From Sarea resinae (lineage: Eukaryota): a stretch of 64,000 nt of DNA. The stretch lies in assembly GCA_026026165.1 (NCBI GenBank), contig JAPEUD010000015.1, positions 248,001 to 312,000 of the forward strand. Direction: 5' to 3'. Position 1 is the first letter of the stretch; every line of letters starts with the position of its first letter. The notes under the pieces are model-generated. The model was given only the letters and a program-made list of their open reading frames with translations, made no database searches and had not been told where the DNA came from. Position numbers and translations under genes: made by a program. This document shows positions 50,101-62,234 of this stretch, one piece after another.

Positions 50101-51614
50101 CAAGGACCTTTGAAGTCGTATCGTCAGTCGTCGGGAAGGTACTTGACAGGATCAGGTAAGGTACTCTGGCCTTGAGGTACCTGAGGCAACGCCGTGGGGC
50201 GCAGTCTCCCATTCGCCCCAACAGGTTAAAGCGACGAGTGACTTGCCGTTCAGCCCAGCCCGGCTTGCCCTTTCACGTATTCGTCCATTCCAGGGCTGGC
50301 CACCTCCCAGCTCAGGGCTGCCTGCTGCCTTCTGGCTTCTTCTTCGCTCGCTTCTTTGATGGATGATGCCCTTTGACCTCCGGCTCCCTCCCACTCCCAC
50401 TCTGCCATCTTGCTTGCTCATCCCGAAACACCCTCCTGGACCTCTGAGTGACTCAGATGATGCGAATCGACCAGGAGGACACTGCACTGGTCATTCACGA
50501 GCTTCCCATCAGTCGCCCATTCAGTCACTCACACTCCAATACCGACCGTTCTATACCCGATTCTCCCCTTCTCTCGTCGCTCTCTCCGCTCTCTATTCTA
50601 CTTAGTTTCGCTTTGGCTCAACGCGCACTCCAAAAGTGAACACCTGTCTGACACTACTCCCTCTACTAATCTGCCATACTCACTCCCAGTGCACATAGAA
50701 TCAAACCCCCATTTTTGCCCTCCACTTTCCCCTCCCCCCCCCTTCGTCTTCCTATCTGATTCATCAATCGGCTTCGGGCTCACAAGACTCTCGTTCGATT
50801 GACCAATAACTAGCATCAGCTGCCCTTTTCGGCCGTGACCACTTCCAGTGCCTTCGACAAGCCGCCGCGCACCACACCTCTTTCATCATTCGCCGCCTTC
50901 CTCCCACCCCCAACCTTCCGCTTGTCTCCCATTCACGGTCCGCAGCGCTTACTATTTTTCGAACCACGCCCCTTACAGGCTTGATCCTTTGTTCTTGCGA
51001 CACACTTGTCTCGCAGTCATCGTTCGCTTTGGCTGCCCCGGGTGCCCAGTGCCCCCATAGCCGTTGTTGCCTGTTGCTACTACAAAATACTACTATATCA
51101 AGTGTACACCTACACCTGCTAACCACCTGTTCCCGCTGACGCATTCTTAAACCCACCACCACCCACGCCCCAACTTACGCAGCTTCTCACCAAATCCTCT
51201 AGGCTCCTCCATCCTACACAAATACAAATCTGCTGGTCAGATTCGAACCTTGTTATATCAATTGACTCACAAGGGCTCGCATCAGACTTGACACATTCAG
51301 CGTCGTCGGCTGCTGCTGCGTAATCATCGTTCATCACCAGACGAGGCGTGCTTACGCATTGGTCACTCGTCAGAGCGACACACCTAAACTCCGAGTTTCT
51401 GTCGCCACTCGTCGGACTTTGCGCGACACAACACACTTACAAATCCATCAACGCAACCCATTGACTTCCACTGTCTTCCATTAGTTGTTATATCTTTCTT
51501 TCACCGTTGACTTCTTCTACAATTCAATTCACTTTCTGCTCCTTGCAACTTTCTCATCAACGATTTACTTTTCTCACCATCAACAACCGGCGAAGTACGC
51601 CCATTCGAGACAGC

Positions 51615-52739
51615 ATGAATCGTCTACCGCCCGTATCGAGTTTGATCTCTCCTCCAGAGGCAAAACCATACGACAGTTTCTCATCAATTCGTGAAACGAT
51701 GGGGGCACCACGGTCGCAGTACTCCTTTGCGCGGGAGAATACCCTGCCTCCCATTTCTGGGGATCGATGCCAATACTCGACGAAGATGGAGGTTTTGCCT
51801 TCGCCCCCCGTTTCGCCATGGTCTTCCGGAGTCTCAAGGGTGAGCAATCGGGAGGACACTGTCGAGATAACGTCACCGCGAGGCAGTTTGAGAGACCCGC
51901 CACTGTTCTCGAGAGCCAGCAACGATGTAGCGCTCTCTGCTGATGTGCCTCTATTTCCGCCACCGAATGTCGGATACCGCAACGATCTCGTATCTCAGCA
52001 TATGGCTCAATCACATGGATATGCTACGAAACCAACCCGCGAGGAATACTTGTTAGCTCTGTCGTGCATCCCCAAAGTGTCGGAGGGCTACAATCGTGAT
52101 CCTCAGAAGTGGCTTCAAAGGGAGCGCGAAATCATCGACGAGCGCTTTGGGCAAGCACATCGAGTGTGGAAGCGGCCTGTGGCCAATGGGCTTGCGAAGA
52201 TCGCTCCGGCTCCGACCACAAATGCCTCGAGTCCACCAACTCGCGTGGCTCGTACTACACGAGTGCTTCCTCGCACCCCAAAGAGGACGCCACCGACCAA
52301 GAATTATGACTCATTCAGTGCAATGCCTGCCAGCTCCCCAAAGCAGCGCACCATCGGTGCTACTCGAGAGGATACCGATTATAGATCGCTTCCTGACTAC
52401 TCTCCACCACTTTCTACTTTACCGAAGAACAACCCAAAGGTTCTCAAGGCCGACTGGCGCGGCCAGATGCTCGACCTCTCGGACGATCCAGACAGGCACA
52501 TGCTTCACGAGGCTGAGATCAATCTCGCTGCCACACTGCGTCTCTCGTGCGCCACGTACCTCTGCAGCAAGCGACGAATTTTCGAAGCCCGCATTCGGGC
52601 TCTTCGCATCGGGAAGGAGTTTAGAAAGACAGACAGTCAGCAGGCCTGCAAGATCGACGTCAACAAGGCCAGCAAGCTCTGGACAGCATTCGACAAAGTT
52701 GGCTGGTTCAAGCCTGATTGGTTCCAGCAATACATCTAG
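51615..52739 (+). CDS. SWIRM-domain protein (Fun19/YOR338W-like)
   Basis: C-terminal SWIRM 'LHEAEINLAATLRLSCATYLCSKRRIF..FRKTDSQQACKIDVNKASKLWTAFDKVGW'. The first ATG in frame is at 51615. Confidence 0.88.
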   Translation: MNRLPPVSSLISPPEAKPYDSFSSIRETMGAPRSQYSFARENTLPPISGDRCQYSTKMEVLPSPPVSPWSSGVSRVSNREDTVEITSPRGSLRDPPLFSRASNDVALSADVPLFPPPNVGYRNDLVSQHMAQSHGYATKPTREEYLLALSCIPKVSEGYNRDPQKWLQREREIIDERFGQAHRVWKRPVANGLAKIAPAPTTNASSPPTRVARTTRVLPRTPKRTPPTKNYDSFSAMPASSPKQRTIGATREDTDYRSLPDYSPPLSTLPKNNPKVLKADWRGQMLDLSDDPDRHMLHEAEINLAATLRLSCATYLCSKRRIFEARIRALRIGKEFRKTDSQQACKIDVNKASKLWTAFDKVGWFKPDWFQQYI

Positions 52740-53782
52740 GCCAAACTCATGTCAGTATTTCTGATTGGCCGTTGGCTTGAGGATCAAGTCCGCATTACGC
52801 AACGATACGAAGATTACGCCTCATTACTTATCACGACCAACATCATATTTGTCCACGACGTTGAAGGAGTTTCCCGAGGCATTGCATCATCCCCATTTTG
52901 CTTTCAGTCTTACCGGCTTCGGTGTCATAATGGCTTTTTTCTTTTCATCGCGTTGGGGATAGTTTTCGGTGTTTCGGTTACGCCCTCTCGAATGTTTGAT
53001 TTGCATTACTTTACATGGTGTCATGACCCGCATCCACTTAGACTGGTTAATATCGGATGGTCATAGGACGGAGTGCTGTATGGATTTCCGTTGAACCGGA
53101 CCCTGCATGACGGATGGATGGTCTCATGTGTTTTTCCTGTATCTCCTCTCTGATACCCCCAGCATACAATGCTTGCACTTTTCATAGGAATTGGATTATC
53201 TAAATTGATCAATGGCTTTTGGTGTGAAATCCTTGCAGCAATTGGTGTCCATTATTGATCCATTACGTAGTCGCAATCAGATATCCTATCCATAACTACG
53301 TTTATAACTCTACAGGGTCGGGTGGCTTGTAGTGGCTTGCGAAGTTATGACGCTCGCTCCTTTGATTCACACTGCATAAGGCACGTATACTGGATCGTCG
53401 ACAAAGATGCATGGCAGTATTCTTTTCCCAGCGAGTATGAATTCCCAAACCTATCATCCTGACAGGTAGGAATGCCAATTGGATGAAGTATATACCTCTT
53501 CAAAGATGACTTTGCGCTGGCAATCGCCGTCAGGCTCTGCTAATTGAGCGCATCTACTTCGTAGAACGTGGCAGATGGGCGAGGCGGTGCAGGTGTCGAT
53601 ACGGTATTACGTAAGCGTCAGAGAGACAAGCCGACCTTGGCTTACCTTATTTTGGAACAGCACGGAGCCGACGAAAGCACCTTACGACGACGGACAATCA
53701 TTACAGGTCGCAACCTCAGATTGCTCGAATCTTGGCTAACCACACGGAGATCTAATTGTCATCTGCAAACTTCACAGTCAAG

Positions 53783-55374
53783 ATGTCCCAGACCGGGCTC
53801 CCCCATACCGATTCGATCTCGGAGCTAGATCCTCATGCCGGAGATCCAAAGAAGGCAAAGAGTCGGAGGCCAGCAAGTATGGCCACTCGAGCTCCATGCC
53901 AAATATCATGAACTGCAGGGCTGACATACTGGTTCATTCTCTCAGATACCGCTTTTAGACAGCAACGACTCAAGGCCTGGCAGTAAGTGGCCGTTGCGCC
54001 ATTGTCTACTCGAGGCCAGCATGAACGAACTAACCAAACTCCAGACCTATCCTCACGCCTAAAACCGTCTTGCCACTTTTTTTCGCCATCGGAATTATAT
54101 TTGCGCCCATTGGCGGAGTGTTGATATGGGCCAGTGCTCGGGTCAGTGGCGTTCAATCCCTCGCGAAGACGTTATTGAACATTGGATCCTGAGAGCTTTC
54201 AAGCTGACAATTTTCCACTGAACCAGGTTCAAGAGATCGTCCTAGACTATTCAGATTGCTTCGATAAAGCGCCGAATGGAACCACTATCTCAGACTTTGC
54301 GCCCATGCCCGATGGAAAATACTCCTCTTCGTTCCGAGCGTCTTCAAACACCAGTATCGACCAGGGACCTCCTACCTGGAGGCGAAGCTCGAAAATGGTC
54401 CACTATCAACCTGGCGTTGACATTGACACTCCAGTCTGCTCTATCCGGTTTCACATTCCCAATGATATTGGCCCTCCTGTTCTCTTCTATTACCGACTCA
54501 CCAACTTCTACCAAAATCATCGCCGATATGTCAAATCACTCGACACTAATCAGCTCAAGGGTGATGCAGTATCCAATTCAACTATTCATTCGGGTCTCTG
54601 TGATCCATTGAGACTAGATCCCCATGGCAAAGCTTACTACCCATGCGGTCTAATCGCGAATTCTGTCTTCAATGACTCTTTCAGCAGTCCAGTCCTCGTC
54701 AACGTACAGCACAGCGACACCGACAACAAAACTTATCCGATGACTGACAAGGGAATTGCCTGGTCCAGCGATCAAAATGTTTTCGGTATCACGAAATACT
54801 CAGTTGATCAGATTGCGGTGCCACCGAACTGGGTTAAGAGATGGCCCCATGGTTATACAGAGGAGAATCCTCCACCAAACCTAAAGGAGGACGAGCATTT
54901 CCAGGTCTGGATGCGAACAGCTGGTCTTCCGAACTTCAGCAAACTCGCACTACGAAATGATAATCAGACAATGTCTGCTGGCATCTATCAAGTCGATGTG
55001 GAGCTCAGTAAGTTCTAGCTGTGGGACCATTACCTTTGCAAATGCTAAGGCGCCATAGACTTCCCCGTCACGGTCTATGGAGGAACAAAGTCGATCGTCA
55101 TCTCTACCCGCACAGTGATGGGCGGTAAGAACCCCTTCTTAGGGATCGCCTATGTCGTAGTTGGTGGTATCTGTGTGGTCCTCGGAGTACTTTTCACTAT
55201 TACTTCTCTGATCAAGCCGAGGTAAGCCTGCATAATCTTCCTAGCCAGCATTTTCAACTGACACGTGCCAGGAAACTCGGTGATCACACGTATCTCAGTT
55301 GGAACAACACAGATACGCCGAGCACTGCTATCGCGTCAGGACGGGATGTCAGACCGGGAATTAATGCGGCATGA
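53783..55374 (+). CDS. CDC50: Cdc50/Lem3 family P4-ATPase flippase subunit, multi-exon
   Basis: '[29 protein letters not shown]', '[17 protein letters not shown]', 'YPCGLIANS', '[11 protein letters not shown]', '[12 protein letters not shown]'. Confidence 0.93.
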
Positions 55375-56024
55375 AGTATTCGATTTTTGCGTTGTATTTC
55401 TTAATGAGTCTGGTGTTGGCGAACAGGTCTTCTATTTTGCCTTTCTATGTCCTTGCCAACTGCCGATATCATATTCGAGGCTGGACAATCATACGATCAT
55501 TTTCCCTCCGATACTTCAAGATACTGAGATGCGTCACTTCTGAATACTTTTGAGAATGTGCATGATACAATGGTTCCTGGACCTAGTAATAGTCGTCCTG
55601 CTGCGCGCGCGCAAGGAGCTGGCTAAACTTGATCAACGGGACCAAAGGACTGAAGCTGAAACTTTCAAAGTTCGTGATAGCCCTAAGTGAGCACCTCCAC
55701 TGACTGGACAGATGTGATCGCCGCGCCTGGGCTGTTGCCTTGGCTCTCCCCTGACTTGTCACTCTAAAGCTTGCCCCTGCTGTTTCCCTAGGTAGTGCCT
55801 TCCCTTCACAGAAGGGAGTAAGACCATATTGTTATTGCCGCTCAATACCAGCGTTTCTCGGCTCTGCTTCAGCTTCATCAATCACGTCCTGATTTGCAAT
55901 CGCTGCGCGCAAACCATCACGTTGTCCGCTCAATCATCCGTGCGCGGCATATCTTCCTTTAGTTCGGGTGCGTGCAGTCTGGCTTATCTATCAAGCCGTA
56001 TCCAAGCACCACGCGTTGTAGACA

Positions 56025-57073
56025 ATGAAGCGACTTTCATTCGTGTTGTTGCTAGGCTTTGCCTTTCACCTAGTGTCTACTTTTGCACAGATAACCTTTC
56101 CTGACCTGAAACCGTTTCAGTGTGGCACCTTGCCACCAACCGTGGATGCACTGGCAGCCTTTGAAGAGTTCTATGAGAATTCTTTACATCACCACACTGA
56201 TGGGGCTAGGGCTGGTGGAAATGCTACGAGCTCCGTTGTTGACACCGCTCTTGGATACCTGAATGGAAACGGTTTGCATATCGATGTCTATTTTCATGTC
56301 GTTCGGTCGGAAAGGGGTGGGGCGAAGGACATCACGCATCAGCAACTCCTGGAACAGGTTTGTATCTCTCATCCGACAGAAACACTGGCAAAGATCCAGA
56401 GTTGACATTCCATCTAGTTCGATGTCCTCTCAGCCATATACAAACCATACAACGTTCACTTCACTTTGATCAAGACGACGTATACAAACAACACTTCTTG
56501 GGCGTACGGTTGGGCACAAGAAAGTATGGGTCGGGCCCTTCGTCAAGGCTCATACAGAACCTTGAACATCTTCTTCCAAGATTGTATCAATTGCGATCAG
56601 CCCAAAGGCGTTGCCGGTCTCTGTTCTATACCACACAGAATTGAGGTGCGCCGCGATTTCTACGTGGACGCTTGCTACATCCACTATAGCACCCTGCCCG
56701 GTGGTCTCGACGAGAGATACAACTTAGGCTATACCGCGGTCCATGAAGTGGGCCATTGGCTTGGGCTATTGCATACCTTTGAGGGATATGATTGTGAAGG
56801 CCCAGGGGATCTTATCATTGATACTCCGCCGCAGATGGAACCAACCAATGGTTGCCCGAAGAATGCCACCAAGGATACCTGTCCAAATGAGGCGGGGTAC
56901 GACCCGGTGGAAAACTTCATGGACTACTCCTACGACGAGTGGTGAGTTAGCCAGACGTATATCTAGCTACTGGGGTTAGCTGACGATGAGCTCTTTTGAG
57001 CATGACTGGCTTCACGCTTGGACAGGTAGTAAGGATGCACGAATCATTCAATCGATTTCGAAAAGGCAACTAG
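56025..57073 (+). CDS. Secreted M43 (pappalysin-like, MEP1-type) zinc metalloprotease, 3 exons
   Basis: Signal peptide, 'IDVYFHVV', zinc motif HEVGHWLGLLH, and Met-turn 'NFMDYSYD'. Confidence 0.9.
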
Positions 57074-57757
57074 GGCCATGAGATGGGTCTAGAATATTAT
57101 CGAGAGCTTGGAATGCTGCGAAGCGTGAAGGATAGCTTCAGTTGTCTGTTGTGCAAAACTTTGTTTCTTTGGCACGCTCCTTTGTCTCTTGGTATGGGTT
57201 CATTAACGTTAAACGGACTCTTGGAAGGCGTATTAAATTCAGGACAGCAATTGGGAGATAGAGGAACCGAACTATGTTCTGAGGGTAGAGTCTTCGGGAT
57301 TTCTCTCTCACACTGGATCCGTTACAATGTGCCTCTTTTCGGTAGCTAAACGACTGACGAAGAAAACTGATACCACCTTGCTTTTACTTAACTCCATTAC
57401 CGTAAATAGCACTTACGGCCACGGTCACATGTGAAGAGATGATGGGGACTACGGTTTGATAGCTGTCTGCTTTATCTGCCTTAGGTGTATTGATGAGAGA
57501 GAACTCTATCAAAACAAGATGAAGGATGGGTGCTAAGATTTCAGTAGGCTTCTCGAATCGTTGATCTGGAGGCTGTTGACGTGTGTGCAAAGACCAGACG
57601 CCTTTGTGAATAGGAGAAGCTGTGAATTGGCTCTCGTCGACAGTGCAACCAGCTAGAAAGGGAAGAAAAAGTTAAGATTGACTGTGAAAGATATTCACCG
57701 AGAGAAGAAATGAAGTGTTACTGTCTATCTTGAGAGGTGGTTTTCAGGAGACTCACT

Positions 57758-57764
57758 TATAAAA
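57758..57764 (+). promoter_or_regulatory. Candidate TATA box (TATAAAA) 130 bp upstream of the Gag-like ORF
   Basis: Perfect TATAAAA followed by a pyrimidine-rich leader before the ATG at 57888. Confidence 0.5.
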
Positions 57765-57887
57765 CCGTCACGGCCATCTTCACCTTTACCGTCACCATCC
57801 TTCATCATCATTATCAGACGATAGTCTCAATCATATCGTCTGATCAGCCAGATTACTCCAATTCATCCCGGCTTATCATCATTGCCC

Positions 57888-58490
57888 ATGTCCGGCAGCT
57901 CCCATCCTGACATGGCATCTGGCATCCAGAGCAGCAATGGCCTTTACAACACCAAGAAGCTCAACGGGACTTCAAACTACGAGATGTGGATGACAGATAT
58001 GAGGACTGAGCTCTGCCGCGAGGATGTATGGGGCATAGTCGACGGGAGCGAACCTAGGCCCACTCTGGTCTCTCAAACCGATTCGACGACCGCGGAATAC
58101 GACAAGCTGCTTGAGGACTTCAGCCTCAAGAAAGTCGAGTGGAACCGCAAGAACCAGAAGGCCCGTATTTGTCTAGTCCTTTGCCTCTCGGAGGCGCCCA
58201 GGAAGGAAGTACAAGCACTCGATGACTCGGCCGAGATCTGGGCCCGATTAAAGAAGCTCTACCAGCCGAAAGGGACAGGCCAGAGATACACGTCTTTCGT
58301 CGCTCTCATGGAGGCCAAGCGGGAACACCACGGCTCCATCGAGGCATACAAGTCTCACATGGCTGAGCATGCGAAGGTGTGTGCGCACGTGGGAAGCCCG
58401 ATTCCGGACTGGGTGATGGACTCGCTCGTCCGCCATGGTCTGCCAGACAACTATCGTGGTTCCACCGGCTACGAGCCCAGCAAGACGTGA
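57888..58490 (+). CDS. Stand-alone Ty1/copia-type Gag (capsid; Retrotran_gag_2/UBN2-like) protein, about 200 aa
   Basis: Copia Gag pattern 'KLNGTSNYEMW..M...L....VWGIVDG.E.RP', 'W.RKNQKA..L.L.LS', 'SAEIWARLKKLY', 'SIEAY', 'L.HGLPDNY'. No zinc knuckle, protease or pol follows. Confidence 0.8.
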   Translation: MSGSSHPDMASGIQSSNGLYNTKKLNGTSNYEMWMTDMRTELCREDVWGIVDGSEPRPTLVSQTDSTTAEYDKLLEDFSLKKVEWNRKNQKARICLVLCLSEAPRKEVQALDDSAEIWARLKKLYQPKGTGQRYTSFVALMEAKREHHGSIEAYKSHMAEHAKVCAHVGSPIPDWVMDSLVRHGLPDNYRGSTGYEPSKT

Positions 58491-59030
58491 GGGAAGCGGA
58501 GATGCTCGTGGTGGCCACTGGCTCAAAGGTCGCAAGGTGAGCTTCATCACGACGGACTAGGTCTGCCTTGGCTTGCCGCTGCGGCCGTTCTGATGCTGTC
58601 TCTGCCGCCTTGTTGCATTGGGGAGGAAGTGTTGGAACAGAAGCCAATTGATGCGCTGTTCTTCCTTTGACCAGATGTCTATACTTGGTACTACATCATC
58701 TAGCCATAACAAGAAAATGTCTCCGCCGATGTAGAAGACTTGAAGCTGTGACTCTGTTGAAACTTCAGACTGTGCAGCTGTTGTGGTTGTGAATAGTGAA
58801 TTGACGCGGTTGCTTGCTATCGCTTGCCCGGCCAATCTTTATCGTATTGCCCCACGTCACGTCAGAGCTTGAGCTGTTCATGCGAGCTGCCCCAGTCCTC
58901 CAGGAACGTCATTGTCGCGCCCTCACCAAAGCTCTATTGCAGTACCAGTTTGCTGCTCCATCAAGCTTCCAACTCTGACGAGACTTCCTCGGGCTATAGC
59001 TTCAATTGTCGCAGAGAATCAGACAGAAAA

Positions 59031-61218
59031 ATGTTCAAAAAGAAGCCCAATGTATGCAAACAAAGACCGACGGCTACCCCTCCAGACGGGCACTAACGAA
59101 TGCGAAGATCAAACCTCTTTCGCCAATCAGGTCTTCTGATCGTCGAAGGATCGCAGATCAGATCATACTGGACTGCAAGCTCAAGCCGACGCCTAGCAAT
59201 GAGGCCGATCCTCAAGACAAGGCCGCCGAGGTCGCCGCAATTTCTTCCCTTCGAAACGCTCTGCTCCCTGAGAGCTGCCTCTCTGCAAGGTTCGAGACGA
59301 CAGCAGGACCCGATTTGAAGCGTGTCTCTGGAACAGTCTATGTTGGCGCATATGCTGGGAAAGAGCAGCGGGTTTTATGGGTGAAGCTCAATGAGAGGAT
59401 GTACCCGACAGGTAAGGCCTTTGGACAATGCATTCGATCAAGCAGCTACTGACACTGCTGGATCATGGTAGTGTATACATTATGGCACAATCCGGGAATT
59501 GTTCCTCTCCTCCATACGCCAGAACCAGTCTTGCATAAACTACAAGGAGGTGCCGATCTGATGACGCCCGGTCTTGCGGGCCCACCTTTTCCGTCTGGCG
59601 CAACGAAAGACTCCATCGTGGCCGTAGCGAGCCTCGAAAATCCCAGCGTTCCAAAGTTTGTTGGCGTTTGCGAGATTGATGTCAGTTCCCTGCAGGCCGT
59701 CCAAGGCGTGAAGGGCCACGCAGTCAGAGGAATACACTGGGATGGGGACGAGCTCTGGGCATGGAGTACAGCTGGAAAGCCTGGAGGCATTGCGCCTCCG
59801 CATATTGAAGGATGGGATCAAGCGAATACGGAAGATCATCAGCTTGAGGATGGAGCAAGCAGATTGACCATTGGCGAGAATGGCGAAGATAGTCAAGCGG
59901 ACGGTGGAGTCGTACTGGATGCCGGGTCGAAGAACGGGCAAAGCCAAATTACTACGAGCGCTGGGATGAGAGAAGAAGAAGAAGAAGAAGAAGAAGAAGA
60001 GCCTTTCGAGAAAGTACAGATCGAGGATAAAGAATTATCTACAAAAGGTACAGCATCCCCTCGACCGAGTGAGATGCAATTTCTAATACGAGCAACTTGC
60101 CAGAGATCGACGACGCTTTCCGAAAGGCGTTCATCTACGGACTTTATCATCACAAAACTCAATACAAAGAACAGCCTAGCTTTGGTCTCGAATTTCCTCT
60201 AACGCAGTCTTCTGTCATGTCTACTTTAGTCCAGCCCTTTCTGCCAGCATTCACAGCCGCGCAAACGGCCTCATTGCAGATGAAAAAGACTAGCTGGAAG
60301 AACATCAAGAAATTCATGAAATCTTTGGATAAGCAAGGACTTGTCAAAACCAAAGACAGGGACAAAAATGAGGTCGTCATCTTGGACGTCGATTTCGACG
60401 ACCAGGCGATCAATCAATTCGTTCCTTACAGATTACCGAAAAGGGAACCTACTAGCACTACTGGAGCAACGGGTAACAAGGCCAGCACTGGTGATGCTCC
60501 GGCAGACGGCGAAATCGGCCAGAAACTTACCAAGGCCAATCTGTATCGGCCGACTGCGAAGCTAGGGGCTCTATTTGAAGCCGCCAATGCTGGGTAATTT
60601 GCACGTCAATGTCTTGAGGGAGACCGGCTGACTTTCCTTAGAATTAAATCCTTGTATTTGGCAAGTGAGATCCGGACCGTAGTCACAGCTTACGTCGAAG
60701 CAGAGAATCTCGTATCCAGCACGAACAAACGTCTAGTCTCACTGAACCCCGTTTTGGCAAATGCAGTCTTCGACGGAAAATCTGCCATGGATTCGGAGGT
60801 CATAAGCAAAGGGAGCGTGCCGCGAGATAGCCTCGTCGAGCGCGTCATCCAAGCCTGTTCGCCGTTCTGGGCGATTCTTCGCGGCGATGAAACGAAGGAC
60901 GAAGTGAAGCCAAAAGCAGGCGCGGCACCTAAGATCAAAATCCTCTTGGAGACAAGATCCGGAAATAAGACGGTTACAAAGGTATCAGGCGTAGAGGCGT
61001 ACTATATCAACCCGCAAACGTTGGCGGATGAGCTTCGAAAAGCATGCGCAGGGTCGACCAGTGTTGATCAATTGGTGGGCAGTAGCCCTAAAAACCCGGT
61101 AATGGAGGTCATGGTACAAGGACCCCAGAAAGAGATTGTCATCCGAGCGTTGGAGAAGCGGGGTGTCAACAAGCAATGGGTCGAGGTGGTCGATAAAACG
61201 AAAGGGAAGAAAAAATAG
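59031..61218 (+). CDS. TMA64: eIF2D/ligatin (Tma64) translation re-initiation/recycling factor, multi-exon
   Basis: 'MFKKKPN|IKPLSPIRSSDRRR', PUA region 'VYTLWHNP..KLQGGADLMTPG', 'KKTSWKNIKKFMK', and SUI1 domain 'ETRSGNKTVTKVSGVE..ELRKACAGSTSV..EVMVQG'. Confidence 0.92.
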
Positions 61219-62234
61219 ACACAAAAGGGGCAAAGCATGTTTCAGGAGTATGCGATTGGCTAGCCGCCAATCGAGTTTGAATAGGAGTAGAAATCCAGAA
61301 ATGTCCAGCAAAGTCATGGACGACAGTAATTGCAGTTTCAATTTCCAAAGCGTGACATTTGCGATTTTCTCCGTCGCGTGTCGGACGAGCGTTCCAATGC
61401 TTTTTTTGCTCTGGGCGCCGCGTCGCTTTTATTGATTGATTCTTGTGGGAGACTGGTGTAGCGTGAATGGGAGCTCCTGGAGGGGTTGCGATGTGGCGTT
61501 TCAGGGCCGAGAGCTTCGTTGGACCCCTGTGTTCTGTTCGCTTCGATGTTGGCGACGACGATCATCAGCACAGGAAATGCTTTGTGATGATGATGATGAA
61601 GTTGCATCCCTGACCTCGACTGCAATCTCATCTCACCACCACGGCAGCTGTCAACGAGTTTCGATACGATCGATCTTCACTGGCGAACGAGATCAATATT
61701 CATGATCTTGATATCCTCATCTTGGCCACGGTCGCGAGCAGAGAACGAGCAAGGCCAAAACAGTTGACGTAAAATTGGCCGAGTCCCTTTACCCCCGTCT
61801 CTCCTCTCCTCGCAGGCCTCTCGTACTCGCCACAATGATGCACACCACTGGACTCGACACCCTCGAGCGGCGCATATAGTACTCGCAGTTGGCTGGATTT
61901 GTAGACATCATCGTCGCCGTCCAATACCGATTATTGTCGATATATCGCAAAGGCCGAGGCATCTGCGACGATTGCGTTACTTACTAATCTGCTGGTGTGG
62001 TCTCCCCTTCGCTCGAGCGTTTGCGAGACACTGCTCTGCGACCTTGCTGCCCCACCGTTCGCTGGGCAATTGGCTACAACATCGATCGCAGAGTGTCATT
62101 CAGCCTTGACACCTAAAAGTGCGTCTGGCGCGAACGGATGGCTCTTTACACGTACCAGAATACCCCGATCATCGTCAAAGTTCTGATAAGTTTTGTCAAG
62201 TAGACGCGCATTCAAGACGAATGCGCACTTAGAG

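Noticed and set aside
57100..59000. Complete LTR retrotransposon around the Gag ORF
   Set aside because: No paired LTRs, no pol domains, and too little space between the flanking genes.
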